This document shows positions 18,481-27,893 of a stretch of 45,217 bases of DNA, in pieces. The notes under the pieces are model-generated. The model saw only the letters and a list, made by a program, of their open reading frames with translations, ran no database searches and had not been told where the DNA came from. Both the position numbers and the translations under genes were made by a program. The stretch's first letter is position 1, and the number at the start of each line of letters is the position of its first letter. The stretch is from sequence record SRR31156797_10293; one strand, written 5' to 3'.

Positions 18481-19479
18481 ATGGCATCACTTATTGAGCC
18501 TCATCAATACACCTTAAAACGATCCGTGAGTTGTTGCGGAGTTGGATTACACACTGGTCGAACTGTGAATTTGACAATAAGACCAGCCGTAGCCAATAGC
18601 GGTATTCGTTTTTTGCGCTCAGACTTGCTTGGTAAACCTGAAATAGCAGCTAGAGCTGAAAATGTGGTTGACACGACTTTGGCAACAACAATCGGCCAGG
18701 GCGAAAATCGCATTTCCACTACAGAGCATCTAATGGCAGCACTTCGCGGCTCAGGTATTGATAATGCCGAAGTCGATATCGATTCACATGAAGTGCCGAT
18801 TATGGACGGCAGCGCCAAGCCCTTTATTCATCTTCTAAAACGAGGTGGTAAGGCAAAACAGAGGGCACTGCGAAAAATCCTACGTATCACCAAACCGCTG
18901 CAGTATTCAGACGGTGAAAAATCCATTCACATTGCACCCTATGATGGCTTTAAAATTACAGGGCGTATCCATTTCGACAATGAGCTCATAAACGAACAAA
19001 CCTACAGTCTGGATGTTAACCATGAGCGTTTTTGCAAAGAAATTGCTTCGGCTCGGACCTTCGGGTTTGTAGAACAAGTTGAGTACCTGTGGCAAAATGG
19101 ACTTGCGCTTGGCGGCAACCTTGCCAATACTATTGCCATCCATTGGGACCGCCGTTCCATACTTAACGAAGATGGGCTTCGTTTTGACGATGAATTTATC
19201 CGTCATAAAGTTCTTGACTTAATAGGTGATCTTGCACTTTTAGGGGCACCAATTCTTGGGCACGTAACTGCAGATCGTTCCGGACATGGTCTCCACCTTG
19301 GGTTAATGAAAACCATCGCAGAGAACCCAGATAGTTGGGAATATGTGAAATTTCAAAAAAAAGGTGACGCGCTTCTGCGTCAGGTTGTAAATACCACCAG
19401 AAGTGCAGGTGATTGTCTGACACCTTTCTTTGTTCCAGGTAATGAGCCAAGAATACAACAAACTGTTTGTGCAGCCTGA
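18481..19479 (+). CDS. lpxC: UDP-3-O-acyl-N-acetylglucosamine deacetylase
   Basis: GVGLHTG, TTEHLMAAL, EVPIMDGSA, ARTFGF, RHKVLDLIGDL, SGHGLH; AGGA SD before ATG 18481. Confidence 0.96.
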   Translation: MASLIEPHQYTLKRSVSCCGVGLHTGRTVNLTIRPAVANSGIRFLRSDLLGKPEIAARAENVVDTTLATTIGQGENRISTTEHLMAALRGSGIDNAEVDIDSHEVPIMDGSAKPFIHLLKRGGKAKQRALRKILRITKPLQYSDGEKSIHIAPYDGFKITGRIHFDNELINEQTYSLDVNHERFCKEIASARTFGFVEQVEYLWQNGLALGGNLANTIAIHWDRRSILNEDGLRFDDEFIRHKVLDLIGDLALLGAPILGHVTADRSGHGLHLGLMKTIAENPDSWEYVKFQKKGDALLRQVVNTTRSAGDCLTPFFVPGNEPRIQQTVCAA

Positions 19480-19561
19480 TACAGTTAAATAATTTTTTAC
19501 CCGGAATGCCAGGTCCGAAATGATGTGGTAAAAAGATAAATAGTCAGCTATATTCTCTATT

Positions 19562-19591
19562 AAACCGCCGGTTTTTCCGGCGGTTTTTTTT
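19562..19591 (+). terminator. Intrinsic terminator after lpxC
   Basis: AAACCGCCGG-TTTTT-CCGGCGGTTT followed by a T-run. Confidence 0.85.
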
Positions 19592-19618
19592 ATAACACTA
19601 ACAAATATAAGGGCTGAT

Positions 19619-20434
19619 ATGTTGCAACCTACTGAATGTATAGGACTTATAGGCGGCGGCCAGATGGCAGAGGCGCTAATCCGCGGCATGCTAGCTGCTA
19701 ATGTAGTAAAAAGTGAAAACCTGGTGGTTATTGATCCAGCTCCTGATAGAAAAAAATATCTCCGTGATACCTATGACATATTAACATGTGATTCACCCCA
19801 GGATATCTGCCAGCAATGCACAGTCCTTATCCTTGCAGTAAAGCCCCAGGTCTGCAAACTTGTACTCGGCCAATACGTTGATTTCCTGACCTCAAACCAT
19901 CTGCTCATTTCGATTCTGGCCGGAGTCACGATCAGGGAACTGGAATCCCAATTACCCGCTAAATCTCGAGTTGTCAGGGTAATGCCTAATACGCCCGCCC
20001 TTGTTCTAGCTGGAGCTACAGCCATAAGTCTCAACGAATCTGCGACAAAGACGGATCGCAAGCTCTCCCTCTCAATTTTCTCTTCCATTGGCCTCTGTAT
20101 TGAGGTTCAGGAGACTCAGCTTGATGCTGTAACAGGACTCAGCGGCAGCGGACCTGGCTACATATTTACCTTGATAGATGGCCTCGTTGATGGAGGGGTA
20201 CTTGCTGGGTTACCTCGACCCACTGCTGAGCAACTTGTTTTACAGACCATATACGGTTCCGCTAAGCTTGCTATGGAAAGCGAAAAAAACGCTGCTGCCC
20301 TGAAAGCCCAAGTCACATCTCCTGGCGGCACAACTATTACAGGTATTCAGTTGCTTGAGCAACGTGGGGTACGCTCTGCGCTAATGGATGCAGTTTTAGC
20401 TGCCGCTAACCGGTCTAAGGAGTTGGGCGAGTGA
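19619..20434 (+). CDS. proC: Pyrroline-5-carboxylate reductase
   Basis: IGGGQMA, LAVKPQ, RVMPNTP, AVTGLSGSGPGY, VTSPGGTT. Confidence 0.96.
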   Translation: MLQPTECIGLIGGGQMAEALIRGMLAANVVKSENLVVIDPAPDRKKYLRDTYDILTCDSPQDICQQCTVLILAVKPQVCKLVLGQYVDFLTSNHLLISILAGVTIRELESQLPAKSRVVRVMPNTPALVLAGATAISLNESATKTDRKLSLSIFSSIGLCIEVQETQLDAVTGLSGSGPGYIFTLIDGLVDGGVLAGLPRPTAEQLVLQTIYGSAKLAMESEKNAAALKAQVTSPGGTTITGIQLLEQRGVRSALMDAVLAAANRSKELGE

Positions 20435-21294
20435 GAATGAAAACCGTAGGGATTGTTACTCGATTGGACAGTCCTGATGTTGAAAAAATCGGAAAGCAAC
20501 TGGTAACCTGGTTTACTGATCGAGGCATTGAAGCCAACTTAAACCAACCTCTTACCCCTGGTCTGGATATGCTGGTTGTACTTGGTGGCGATGGGACCCT
20601 TCTTCATGTAGCCAAGGATGCTAGTTATTCAGACATCCCTATACTTGGTGTCAACCTTGGTAACCTTGGGTTTCTTACCGAAGTCGGGGCTGACGAAATG
20701 TATTATTCGCTAGAGACAGTTCTGGCTGGCGATTACCATGTAGAAGAGAGGACCATGCTCGCTGCGGCTGTTGTTCATGGTAAAGATGGTGTCAAAAGTG
20801 ATCCTGTCTACGCACTCAACGAGGTGGTCATCGTTAAGGACAGTACAGAGCATATGGTCAGGCTGCGCTGTTGGGCTGATAAAGAATATATCACCACCTA
20901 CAGGGCTGATGGGCTTATTCTTTCAACTCCAACAGGTTCAACAGCTTACAATTTATCGGCAGGCGGTCCAATCGCGCATGCTGAGTTGGACACTATTCTG
21001 GTGACCCCTATATGTCCTTTTATGCTGGAATCCAGGCCTGTACTGCTCGCTCCCCAGACAAAAATTACGAGCCAGCTCCTTGCCCCCGCCGGAGACGTTA
21101 AAGTTATTATTGATGGGGCGCTTCAGTGGAAAATCACAGATGACGACTATCTTCTGGTACAAAAAGCATCCAAGCCGCTTTTGCTAATCAGTTCACCATT
21201 AAAAAGTTATTTTACTATCCTGAGAAATAAACTGAACTGGGGTGGTTCTTCCATTGATTTACCCTTGCCCGAGTTAGTCTGCCGACACTGTTAG
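20431..21294 (+). CDS. nadK: NAD(+) kinase
   Basis: LGGDGTLL, GNLGFL, ALNE, DGLILSTPTGSTAYNLSAGGPI; GTGA overlap with proC. Confidence 0.95.
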   Translation: MRMKTVGIVTRLDSPDVEKIGKQLVTWFTDRGIEANLNQPLTPGLDMLVVLGGDGTLLHVAKDASYSDIPILGVNLGNLGFLTEVGADEMYYSLETVLAGDYHVEERTMLAAAVVHGKDGVKSDPVYALNEVVIVKDSTEHMVRLRCWADKEYITTYRADGLILSTPTGSTAYNLSAGGPIAHAELDTILVTPICPFMLESRPVLLAPQTKITSQLLAPAGDVKVIIDGALQWKITDDDYLLVQKASKPLLLISSPLKSYFTILRNKLNWGGSSIDLPLPELVCRHC

Positions 21295-21498
21295 CTTGTT
21301 AAAATCGTTCAGCAGAAGGTGCTGAATCGGCTATAGTATCTCACTGCACGCCCTCAGGCAGGCAGGAAAACCTAACATCAACAATAGGTATCCAGATCCT
21401 GCCTCTTAGTTGCAGGTCGAGGTTAAAGCCAGGTTTACTATTGTTTACTAAATAGTTATATTTTACATTTGTGGCAGCAACAGCTGAGCTGGGTCGCG

Positions 21499-22887
21499 TT
21501 ATTTTTTCTTTCGTTTAATTTTGTACTTTTTCATTTTGTATTGAAGTAAACTTTTGGTAATTCCTAATTGCTCTGCAGCTCGTGCCTGAACATTTGCGGC
21601 ATCTTCAAGGGCTTGGCGCACCAGCTTTTCTTCAATCCCGTTGAGTATTTCAGCCAGACTAAGGTTTTCCGGGATAAACTGATTCAGTTCCAGGCCTGTG
21701 CTCCACTCCTGTGCATCATGAAGTTGCGAAGAGTCCGGTTGTACATCTTCAGGCTCAATTCTGTCACCGCTGCATAAAATCGCTGCCCGTTCAATGGTAT
21801 TTTCCAATTCCCTTACATTTCCTTCCCAGGGAAGAGTTACCAGAAGTCGGAGAGCGTCAGGAGAGATATCTAACTTTTTCCCGAGTGTGTTGCTGTTTTT
21901 TTCTATAAAGTGAGCAACAAGGGCAGGTATATCATCTACTCTTTCACGAAGTGGTACCAGATGAATATGAATGACATTTAGCCGGTAATAAAGGTCCTCG
22001 CGAAAACTTCCTTTTTCCACCTCATCTTTAAGATCTTTGTTAGTTGCTGCCAGGATTCGAATGTCTACATCCTGGGTAATACTTCCACCTACCCGTTCAA
22101 AGGTCTTTTCTTGCAAAACACGCAGCAGTTTTGCCTGCAGCTGTGGGGGCATTTCACCTATTTCATCTAAGAAAAGTGTCCCCGTGTCGGCTAGCTCAAA
22201 GCGGCCTTTACGCATACTGATCGCATCAGTAAAAGCCCCTTTTTCATGACCAAAAAGTTCACTTTCTAAAAGATGTTCGGACAAGGCCGCACAGTTAACC
22301 GAAATAAAGGGAGAATTTTTACGAGGAGATAGATTGTGAATGGCGCGGGCAACAAGTTCTTTTCCTGTTCCAGAGTCACCGGTAATAAGAACTGATGAGG
22401 GTGCTGGGGCTACTTTTTCAATCAATTGATATACTGCTCTCATTGAAGGGTTTTTGCCAATCATTCCGCCGAAGCCAGAACGTGGCGTAGCTTCGTCTCG
22501 TAACCTTCTAATTTCCCGTATAAGATTGTAGTGTTCGATAGCTTTGCCGACGCCGGCAAGGAGCTGTTCATTGGAAAATGGCTTTGCTAGATAGGTGAAT
22601 GCACCAAGGCGCATAGCTTCAACAGCCATTTCCACTTCAGCAAAAGCAGTAAGGAGGATGACAGGTAATTCCCTGTTATATTCTTTAATTTTAGCAAGAA
22701 ATTGAATGCCGTCCATTCCCGGCATTTTCATGTCAGAAATAATGAGGTCAAGGTCGGCTTCGAGCACGATTGGCAAACCAGTTGTACCACTATCTGCGGT
22801 AAAGACTTCGTACCCTTCGTCACGAAGCAGTTCAGACAGGACTATCTGGTAATTCGGTTCGTCATCAACTACAAGAATTGTATACAT
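21499..22887 (-). CDS. Sigma54-dependent response regulator (REC-AAA+-HTH, NtrC/AtoC family)
   Basis: REC domain (VDDE, SDMKMP, LAKPF), GDSGTGKE, ESELFGHEKGAFTDA, LFLDEIGE, FREDLYYRL, WEGNVRELEN, Fis-type HTH. Confidence 0.95.
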   Translation of the reverse strand: MYTILVVDDEPNYQIVLSELLRDEGYEVFTADSGTTGLPIVLEADLDLIISDMKMPGMDGIQFLAKIKEYNRELPVILLTAFAEVEMAVEAMRLGAFTYLAKPFSNEQLLAGVGKAIEHYNLIREIRRLRDEATPRSGFGGMIGKNPSMRAVYQLIEKVAPAPSSVLITGDSGTGKELVARAIHNLSPRKNSPFISVNCAALSEHLLESELFGHEKGAFTDAISMRKGRFELADTGTLFLDEIGEMPPQLQAKLLRVLQEKTFERVGGSITQDVDIRILAATNKDLKDEVEKGSFREDLYYRLNVIHIHLVPLRERVDDIPALVAHFIEKNSNTLGKKLDISPDALRLLVTLPWEGNVRELENTIERAAILCSGDRIEPEDVQPDSSQLHDAQEWSTGLELNQFIPENLSLAEILNGIEEKLVRQALEDAANVQARAAEQLGITKSLLQYKMKKYKIKRKKK

Positions 22888-22909
22888 GGCATTGTCAGGT
22901 AAAAAGATA

Positions 22910-23764
22910 TTATAGTTGCTTGTATTGTTTTATTTTATCTAGAATAGGGTCGAGCAGCTCACGTGGCGGACAAAATGTTCCCCCTTTACTGGCCATCATA
23001 TTGGCAGGCCGAGTGGCTCCATGGTAATCGCTGCCCCCTGTGACCAGTAGATTATGTTCAGCCGCAAGGTTGAACAGCTTCTTTTTCATCTTTTTTGAAT
23101 GGGAAGGATAATAAATTTCAATACCATCCAATCCATACATGGCTAGCTCGCGAACAAGGGAGGGCTGACGCTTCATACTGGGATCTATTTGCCCTGGGTG
23201 GGCAAGGACAGCTATTCCTCCGGCACGATGGATGGCGCTGATTGTTTCGATAGCAGAATAACAAAATCGACAGTGCCAGGCTTTTTTTCCTTTTCCTAAA
23301 TAAGATCGAAAAGCTTCGTTAAAAGAACGAACAATGCCTTTGTTCATTAGAATGTTGGCAATGTGAGGGCGCCCGGCCAGTCCTGTACCAGAAATTTGCT
23401 GCAGATCTTTATTCGTTATTTCAAGACCCAGCTCCTGTAATGAGGTCAAAATTTTATTATTCCTCTTCTCACGACCATCTTGCAGGAGGGTCAGCCAATC
23501 TGTAAATTCTTTGTCGGTTGGATCTAGACCATACCCAAGGAGGTGGATACTCTGTTTATCGTACATGGCACTAATTTCAACGCCGGAAAGGATAGTCAGG
23601 TTGTATTCCGAACCTAGTTGCAGTATTTCCTCAACACCTGCCATTGTATCGTGATCGCTTAATGCTAATGCTGTAACCCCTTGTTTAACAGAGAGTTCAA
23701 CTAGCTCTAGCGGGGTGGAGCTACCGTCTGAGTAAACTGAGTGAGTATGTAAATCGATACACAT
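22910..23764 (-). CDS. PHP-domain metal-dependent phosphoesterase (TrpH/YciV-like)
   Basis: DLHTHSVYSDG, SDHDT, GVEIS, HLLGY, GRPHIA, LAHP, GGSDYHG. Confidence 0.92.
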   Translation of the reverse strand: MCIDLHTHSVYSDGSSTPLELVELSVKQGVTALALSDHDTMAGVEEILQLGSEYNLTILSGVEISAMYDKQSIHLLGYGLDPTDKEFTDWLTLLQDGREKRNNKILTSLQELGLEITNKDLQQISGTGLAGRPHIANILMNKGIVRSFNEAFRSYLGKGKKAWHCRFCYSAIETISAIHRAGGIAVLAHPGQIDPSMKRQPSLVRELAMYGLDGIEIYYPSHSKKMKKKLFNLAAEHNLLVTGGSDYHGATRPANMMASKGGTFCPPRELLDPILDKIKQYKQL

Positions 23765-23940
23765 TAAATATGATGGGTAGTGGTGAGCTAGAGAGATTGT
23801 AGTTTATTTGAGTACGCCTAATCAGCTTAATCATGCATGTTATTTTGTGCAACAGGCAAATAAAAACGTTTTATAACTATAGGTTGTCTTTCTTATTCAA
23901 ATCCTTACATTTTAACAATTCATTTAAAAGGAGAACGTTG

Positions 23941-24753
23941 ATGGCCGAACGAAACACAAAAATTGAAGAACATACCATTGTCGATGAGCCCTATTATCTG
24001 CAAACAGCAGATGAGGTTAATGTGGCAATGGCAGCTTATACCATAGGGGCGCCTCTACTCCTTAAAGGTCCAACAGGGTGTGGCAAAACGCGTTTTATGC
24101 AATATCTTGCGTGGAAACTGCAACGGCCCTTAATAACGGTATCTTGTCATGATGATTTATCGACGAGTGATTTGGTCGGTCGATATCTTATCCGTGGTGG
24201 AGAAGCTGTTTGGAACGACGGCCCCCTCACCCTTGCTGTCAGAAGAGGGGCTATTTGCTATTTGGATGAAATTGTTGAGGCCCGAAAGGATACAACTGTA
24301 GTGATTCACCCACTGGCTGACGATAGGAGAGAGTTACCGGTCGAAAAAAAAGGGGAACTGATTACTGCGCCGCCTGAGTTCATGCTTGCAGTCTCTTATA
24401 ACCCAGGTTACCAGAGCGTTTTAAAAGATCTTAAGACATCAACCAGGCAGCGTTTTATTGCCCTTTCGTTCGATTATCCTGAAATTGAACAGGAAATTGA
24501 AATTGTACAACAAGAAGGATTGGTTGAAGCCGATTTAGCCCGCTCTTTAGTTAAACTTGCCCATATGACTCGTGGCTTAAAAGACTCTGGGCTTGTAGAA
24601 GGTGCCAGTACCCGGTTGCTTATCCAGGCAGGTAAGCTTGTAACTCAAGGGATACCGATCCACTTGGCTTGTCGGGTTGCCATTGTCGAACCTCTGACAG
24701 ATGACCAGGAGCTGATGAGTGCCCTTGATGAAATGGTAAGTTCGCTTTGGTAA
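23941..24753 (+). CDS. CbbQ/NirQ/NorQ family MoxR AAA+ ATPase
   Basis: GPTGCGKT Walker A, CHDDL, CYLDEIVEAR Walker B, SYNPGYQ, STRQRF; AGGAGA SD before ATG 23941. Confidence 0.93.
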   Translation: MAERNTKIEEHTIVDEPYYLQTADEVNVAMAAYTIGAPLLLKGPTGCGKTRFMQYLAWKLQRPLITVSCHDDLSTSDLVGRYLIRGGEAVWNDGPLTLAVRRGAICYLDEIVEARKDTTVVIHPLADDRRELPVEKKGELITAPPEFMLAVSYNPGYQSVLKDLKTSTRQRFIALSFDYPEIEQEIEIVQQEGLVEADLARSLVKLAHMTRGLKDSGLVEGASTRLLIQAGKLVTQGIPIHLACRVAIVEPLTDDQELMSALDEMVSSLW

Positions 24754-24756
24754 TTA

Positions 24757-27030
24757 ATGCAGATAACGACGCTGACAAAACAATTCTTCGCTCTAGTAGA
24801 GCCTAGTCTGCCAAATGAGTGGGAGGTCGAAGACGCCCTACTTGCGCTTGTAGAACAAGAGGAAAGCGTAAAAGATCAGGTGCTTGGACAGGTACCTGTA
24901 ATCTGGCCCGTATCGAATGCGCTCTGCTTCACCTTCCTTGCTCGAGTTGAAGAATGCACCTCCCTTGTGGAGAGTGGTTTGTTACCCGAGTGGGTCAGGG
25001 AACTGCTTGATCATTACGAACGAGGAGGGTTGCAGGCTGCCCAATTATGCATAAGCCAGATCCCCGATTTTATTTCGCAACTGCAGGGAAAACGTGGACT
25101 CAGTTTTGCCGAAGCAAAAGGAAGGTTACAGCCGTATGTCAATGGATTGGCTGGAAAGGAGGTACTGTTACTCCCGGCCAAAAGTTTGTATACGAATACC
25201 TCTGTTATTTATCTGCCGAAAGAATTACGATTGTTCCCAGACAGAGAACAGTGTTTTTTGTTGTACAAGTTCATGGTTTCCTTTCAGTGGGCATCTATAA
25301 AACTTAAAACCCTTGCTATTGCAGAGTCCGGTGATGTTGCTGTCACCGTTCATCCTTTGGATGCATTCTTTTCCACTTTTTCAAATAGTACCTTAGCAAG
25401 CAGGCTTTATCATTTTTGCGAGACAGTTCGTATCACCTGCTACCTCGAGCAAGAGTTGCCGGGCCTAATGCGTCAGGTGAAAAGAGTGTTACCTGCACTT
25501 TTACCCGATTTCAACGACCCGGAAGAGTCCACACCAGTAGCCGAACTCCTCGAAAAGATATTTCTTTTTCGACTTGAACATAAAGCATCTTTATCGATAG
25601 TTGAAAACGTTAAGCAATGGATTAACTACTGTGGGACTCACACTTCCAGTTCGACAGGGAGTAAAAGAGCGGTACAAGCAATATACCCACTTTTAGAGGA
25701 GCACCTTTTTGCCGAAATTCTAGGTGCGCCACTTTTTTTTCAGGGTGAAATGCGACTGGATTCAGTTGTTGCAGCTGTCATAGATCAAAGAAAGAAGGAT
25801 GAAAAACATTTTATTGATGCCTTTGCTGCTCTTTTGACGCAATTACCTGCCCCTGTTGTTGAGTCACCCCCATGTGTATCCGATGAGATTCAACCATCAC
25901 TGCCGCAATTCGCAGACCAGGCACGGGTCCTCATCGGCAATAAAAATGGCGAAGAAAAGAGTCAATCAGGTACACCTGTTTATATTCAGATTGATAATCA
26001 AGAGATTAAGCTCACAGACGAATTGTCATCATTGACACAAGATATCATTGATGACGTGGGCTATTTGCCTGAACATTATGTAAGCAGTGCGACCGGTCAG
26101 GCAGGTCAGAGCAAGGGAGCTCCTGATCTTTATCCTGCAGAAAATGGCGCAGGTATTAGAGCCCCTATAGTCTATGATGAATGGGACTACCGTCGAAAAG
26201 GGTACAAGAAAAATTGGTGTGTATTGGTTGAAAAACCAATTGTACCAGTAAAATCAACATTCATTGCAGATACACTCAACAAGTACCGAGGTCAGATTAT
26301 ACGGCTGCGATACCAGTTTGAAATCATGCAGACCAACGAACACTTTATCCGCCGACAGCGTGATGGAGATGACATTGATTTTGATGCATTCGTCGAGTCT
26401 CTTGCGGATACTATTGCCGGTTACCCACCTTCAGACAGATTGTTTATTCGACTCCTGCGTGATCAACGTGACATTGCCGTACTCTTTTTGGTTGATATGT
26501 CAAATTCTACTGAGGGGTGGGTTGGCAAGTCAATTAAAGAGGCTTTGGTTCTTTTAAGTGAAGCAATGGAGATGCTCGATGACCGATACGGAATTTACGG
26601 TTTTTCTGGTATGCGCCGCCTCCGATGTGAAATATTCCCGATAAAAACCATTGAAGAAAAATATGATACAAGCGTCCAGCAAAAAATTACAGGGATAGGC
26701 CCCAGGGAATATACGCGTATGGCGCCAGCCATCCGCCATATGAATGCTCTTTTTGCAGATATTGAAGCAAAACTGAAGCTGCTCATCATTTTGTCAGACG
26801 GGAAACCCGAAGACTATGATGACTACAAAGGGAAATATGCCATTGAAGATACCAGGCAGGCGTTACTTGAGGCAAAATCGCAAGGCGTTCATCCGTTTTG
26901 CATAACAATAGATAGACACGCTCAATCATATATGGCACATATGTATGGACCCGCCAATTACATTTTTGTTAACGATGTTGTGCGGTTGCCGTCATTAGTT
27001 CCTGAAATTTATAAAGTGCTCACCACATGA
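24757..27030 (+). CDS. NorD/CbbO-family VWA domain protein
   Basis: YDEWDYRR, DGDDIDFD, MIDAS DMSNST, YTRMAPAIRH, LSDGKP, PFCITID; starts 3 nt after the AAA+ gene. Confidence 0.9.
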   Translation: MQITTLTKQFFALVEPSLPNEWEVEDALLALVEQEESVKDQVLGQVPVIWPVSNALCFTFLARVEECTSLVESGLLPEWVRELLDHYERGGLQAAQLCISQIPDFISQLQGKRGLSFAEAKGRLQPYVNGLAGKEVLLLPAKSLYTNTSVIYLPKELRLFPDREQCFLLYKFMVSFQWASIKLKTLAIAESGDVAVTVHPLDAFFSTFSNSTLASRLYHFCETVRITCYLEQELPGLMRQVKRVLPALLPDFNDPEESTPVAELLEKIFLFRLEHKASLSIVENVKQWINYCGTHTSSSTGSKRAVQAIYPLLEEHLFAEILGAPLFFQGEMRLDSVVAAVIDQRKKDEKHFIDAFAALLTQLPAPVVESPPCVSDEIQPSLPQFADQARVLIGNKNGEEKSQSGTPVYIQIDNQEIKLTDELSSLTQDIIDDVGYLPEHYVSSATGQAGQSKGAPDLYPAENGAGIRAPIVYDEWDYRRKGYKKNWCVLVEKPIVPVKSTFIADTLNKYRGQIIRLRYQFEIMQTNEHFIRRQRDGDDIDFDAFVESLADTIAGYPPSDRLFIRLLRDQRDIAVLFLVDMSNSTEGWVGKSIKEALVLLSEAMEMLDDRYGIYGFSGMRRLRCEIFPIKTIEEKYDTSVQQKITGIGPREYTRMAPAIRHMNALFADIEAKLKLLIILSDGKPEDYDDYKGKYAIEDTRQALLEAKSQGVHPFCITIDRHAQSYMAHMYGPANYIFVNDVVRLPSLVPEIYKVLTT

Positions 27031-27893
27031 AAGATATTGGCAGACACGACAACTTTGTAGATCTGCGATGCAGTAGGTATCACCCATTGCTTACGTTTGC
27101 CCATGGCCTTGCTGTAGCTATTTTATTGTTATTGTCTACCGCAAATACCATGGATGTTTATGCTGCCGAAGGGATCGATGAACAGATTCAACTCTTTAAG
27201 ATACAAGCATACAAGCATTATAACGGCATAAGAAAACCTAAAAACTTTGCAAAAGCTCTGAGATTGTACCTGGTAGCAGCGCAAAAAGGCGATGCTGAAG
27301 CACAGTTTGTCGTTGGAGGTATGCTTTATAAAGGGTTAGGGACTGATCCAGACCAGAAAGAAGCATTTAAATGGCTTCTAAAGGCAGCCAAACAGGGGAC
27401 ATATTCTCCTGAATCCATGCAGATAATAGGCAGTATGTACCTACGAGGAAGCGGTGTTCCGCAAAGTTATAAAGAAGCCAAGAAATGGCTCGTCTCTGCT
27501 GCGGCAATGGATAATATGGCAGCAATTACCGACCTGGCTTTTATTTATTACCATGGACTTGACGGCCAAAGAGATCCGATCAGGGCCCTGGAGCTTTACA
27601 CTAGAGCCGCCTTACAAGGAAATAGTTTAGCTCAATCCAATGTGGGGATGATGCATGCCTCAGGAATAGGTACGGAAAGAGACCTCGCCCTGGGATATGC
27701 ATGGTATTCGATAGCAGCCAGCCAGGGAAATACCACTGCCAGGATTAATCGTAATAGTCTTATGGCTGACATGAGTTGGAAAGAGCTTAATCGCGCTCAG
27801 GCAACTTCAGTGAGCTTGTATCAACAAATAGAACAGTTCAATCTTGGAAAGGAAGAAAAACTGCCTGCTGGCTACAACAAGACTGATAATTAG
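27027..27893 (+). CDS. Sel1-like repeat protein, probably exported
   Basis: Repeated A-x2-G-x3-AQ...G-x-MY-x2-G-x-G units; hydrophobic signal-like N-terminal segment (LAVAILLLLSTA...VYA); ATGA overlap with the VWA gene. Confidence 0.9.
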   Translation: MKDIGRHDNFVDLRCSRYHPLLTFAHGLAVAILLLLSTANTMDVYAAEGIDEQIQLFKIQAYKHYNGIRKPKNFAKALRLYLVAAQKGDAEAQFVVGGMLYKGLGTDPDQKEAFKWLLKAAKQGTYSPESMQIIGSMYLRGSGVPQSYKEAKKWLVSAAAMDNMAAITDLAFIYYHGLDGQRDPIRALELYTRAALQGNSLAQSNVGMMHASGIGTERDLALGYAWYSIAASQGNTTARINRNSLMADMSWKELNRAQATSVSLYQQIEQFNLGKEEKLPAGYNKTDN

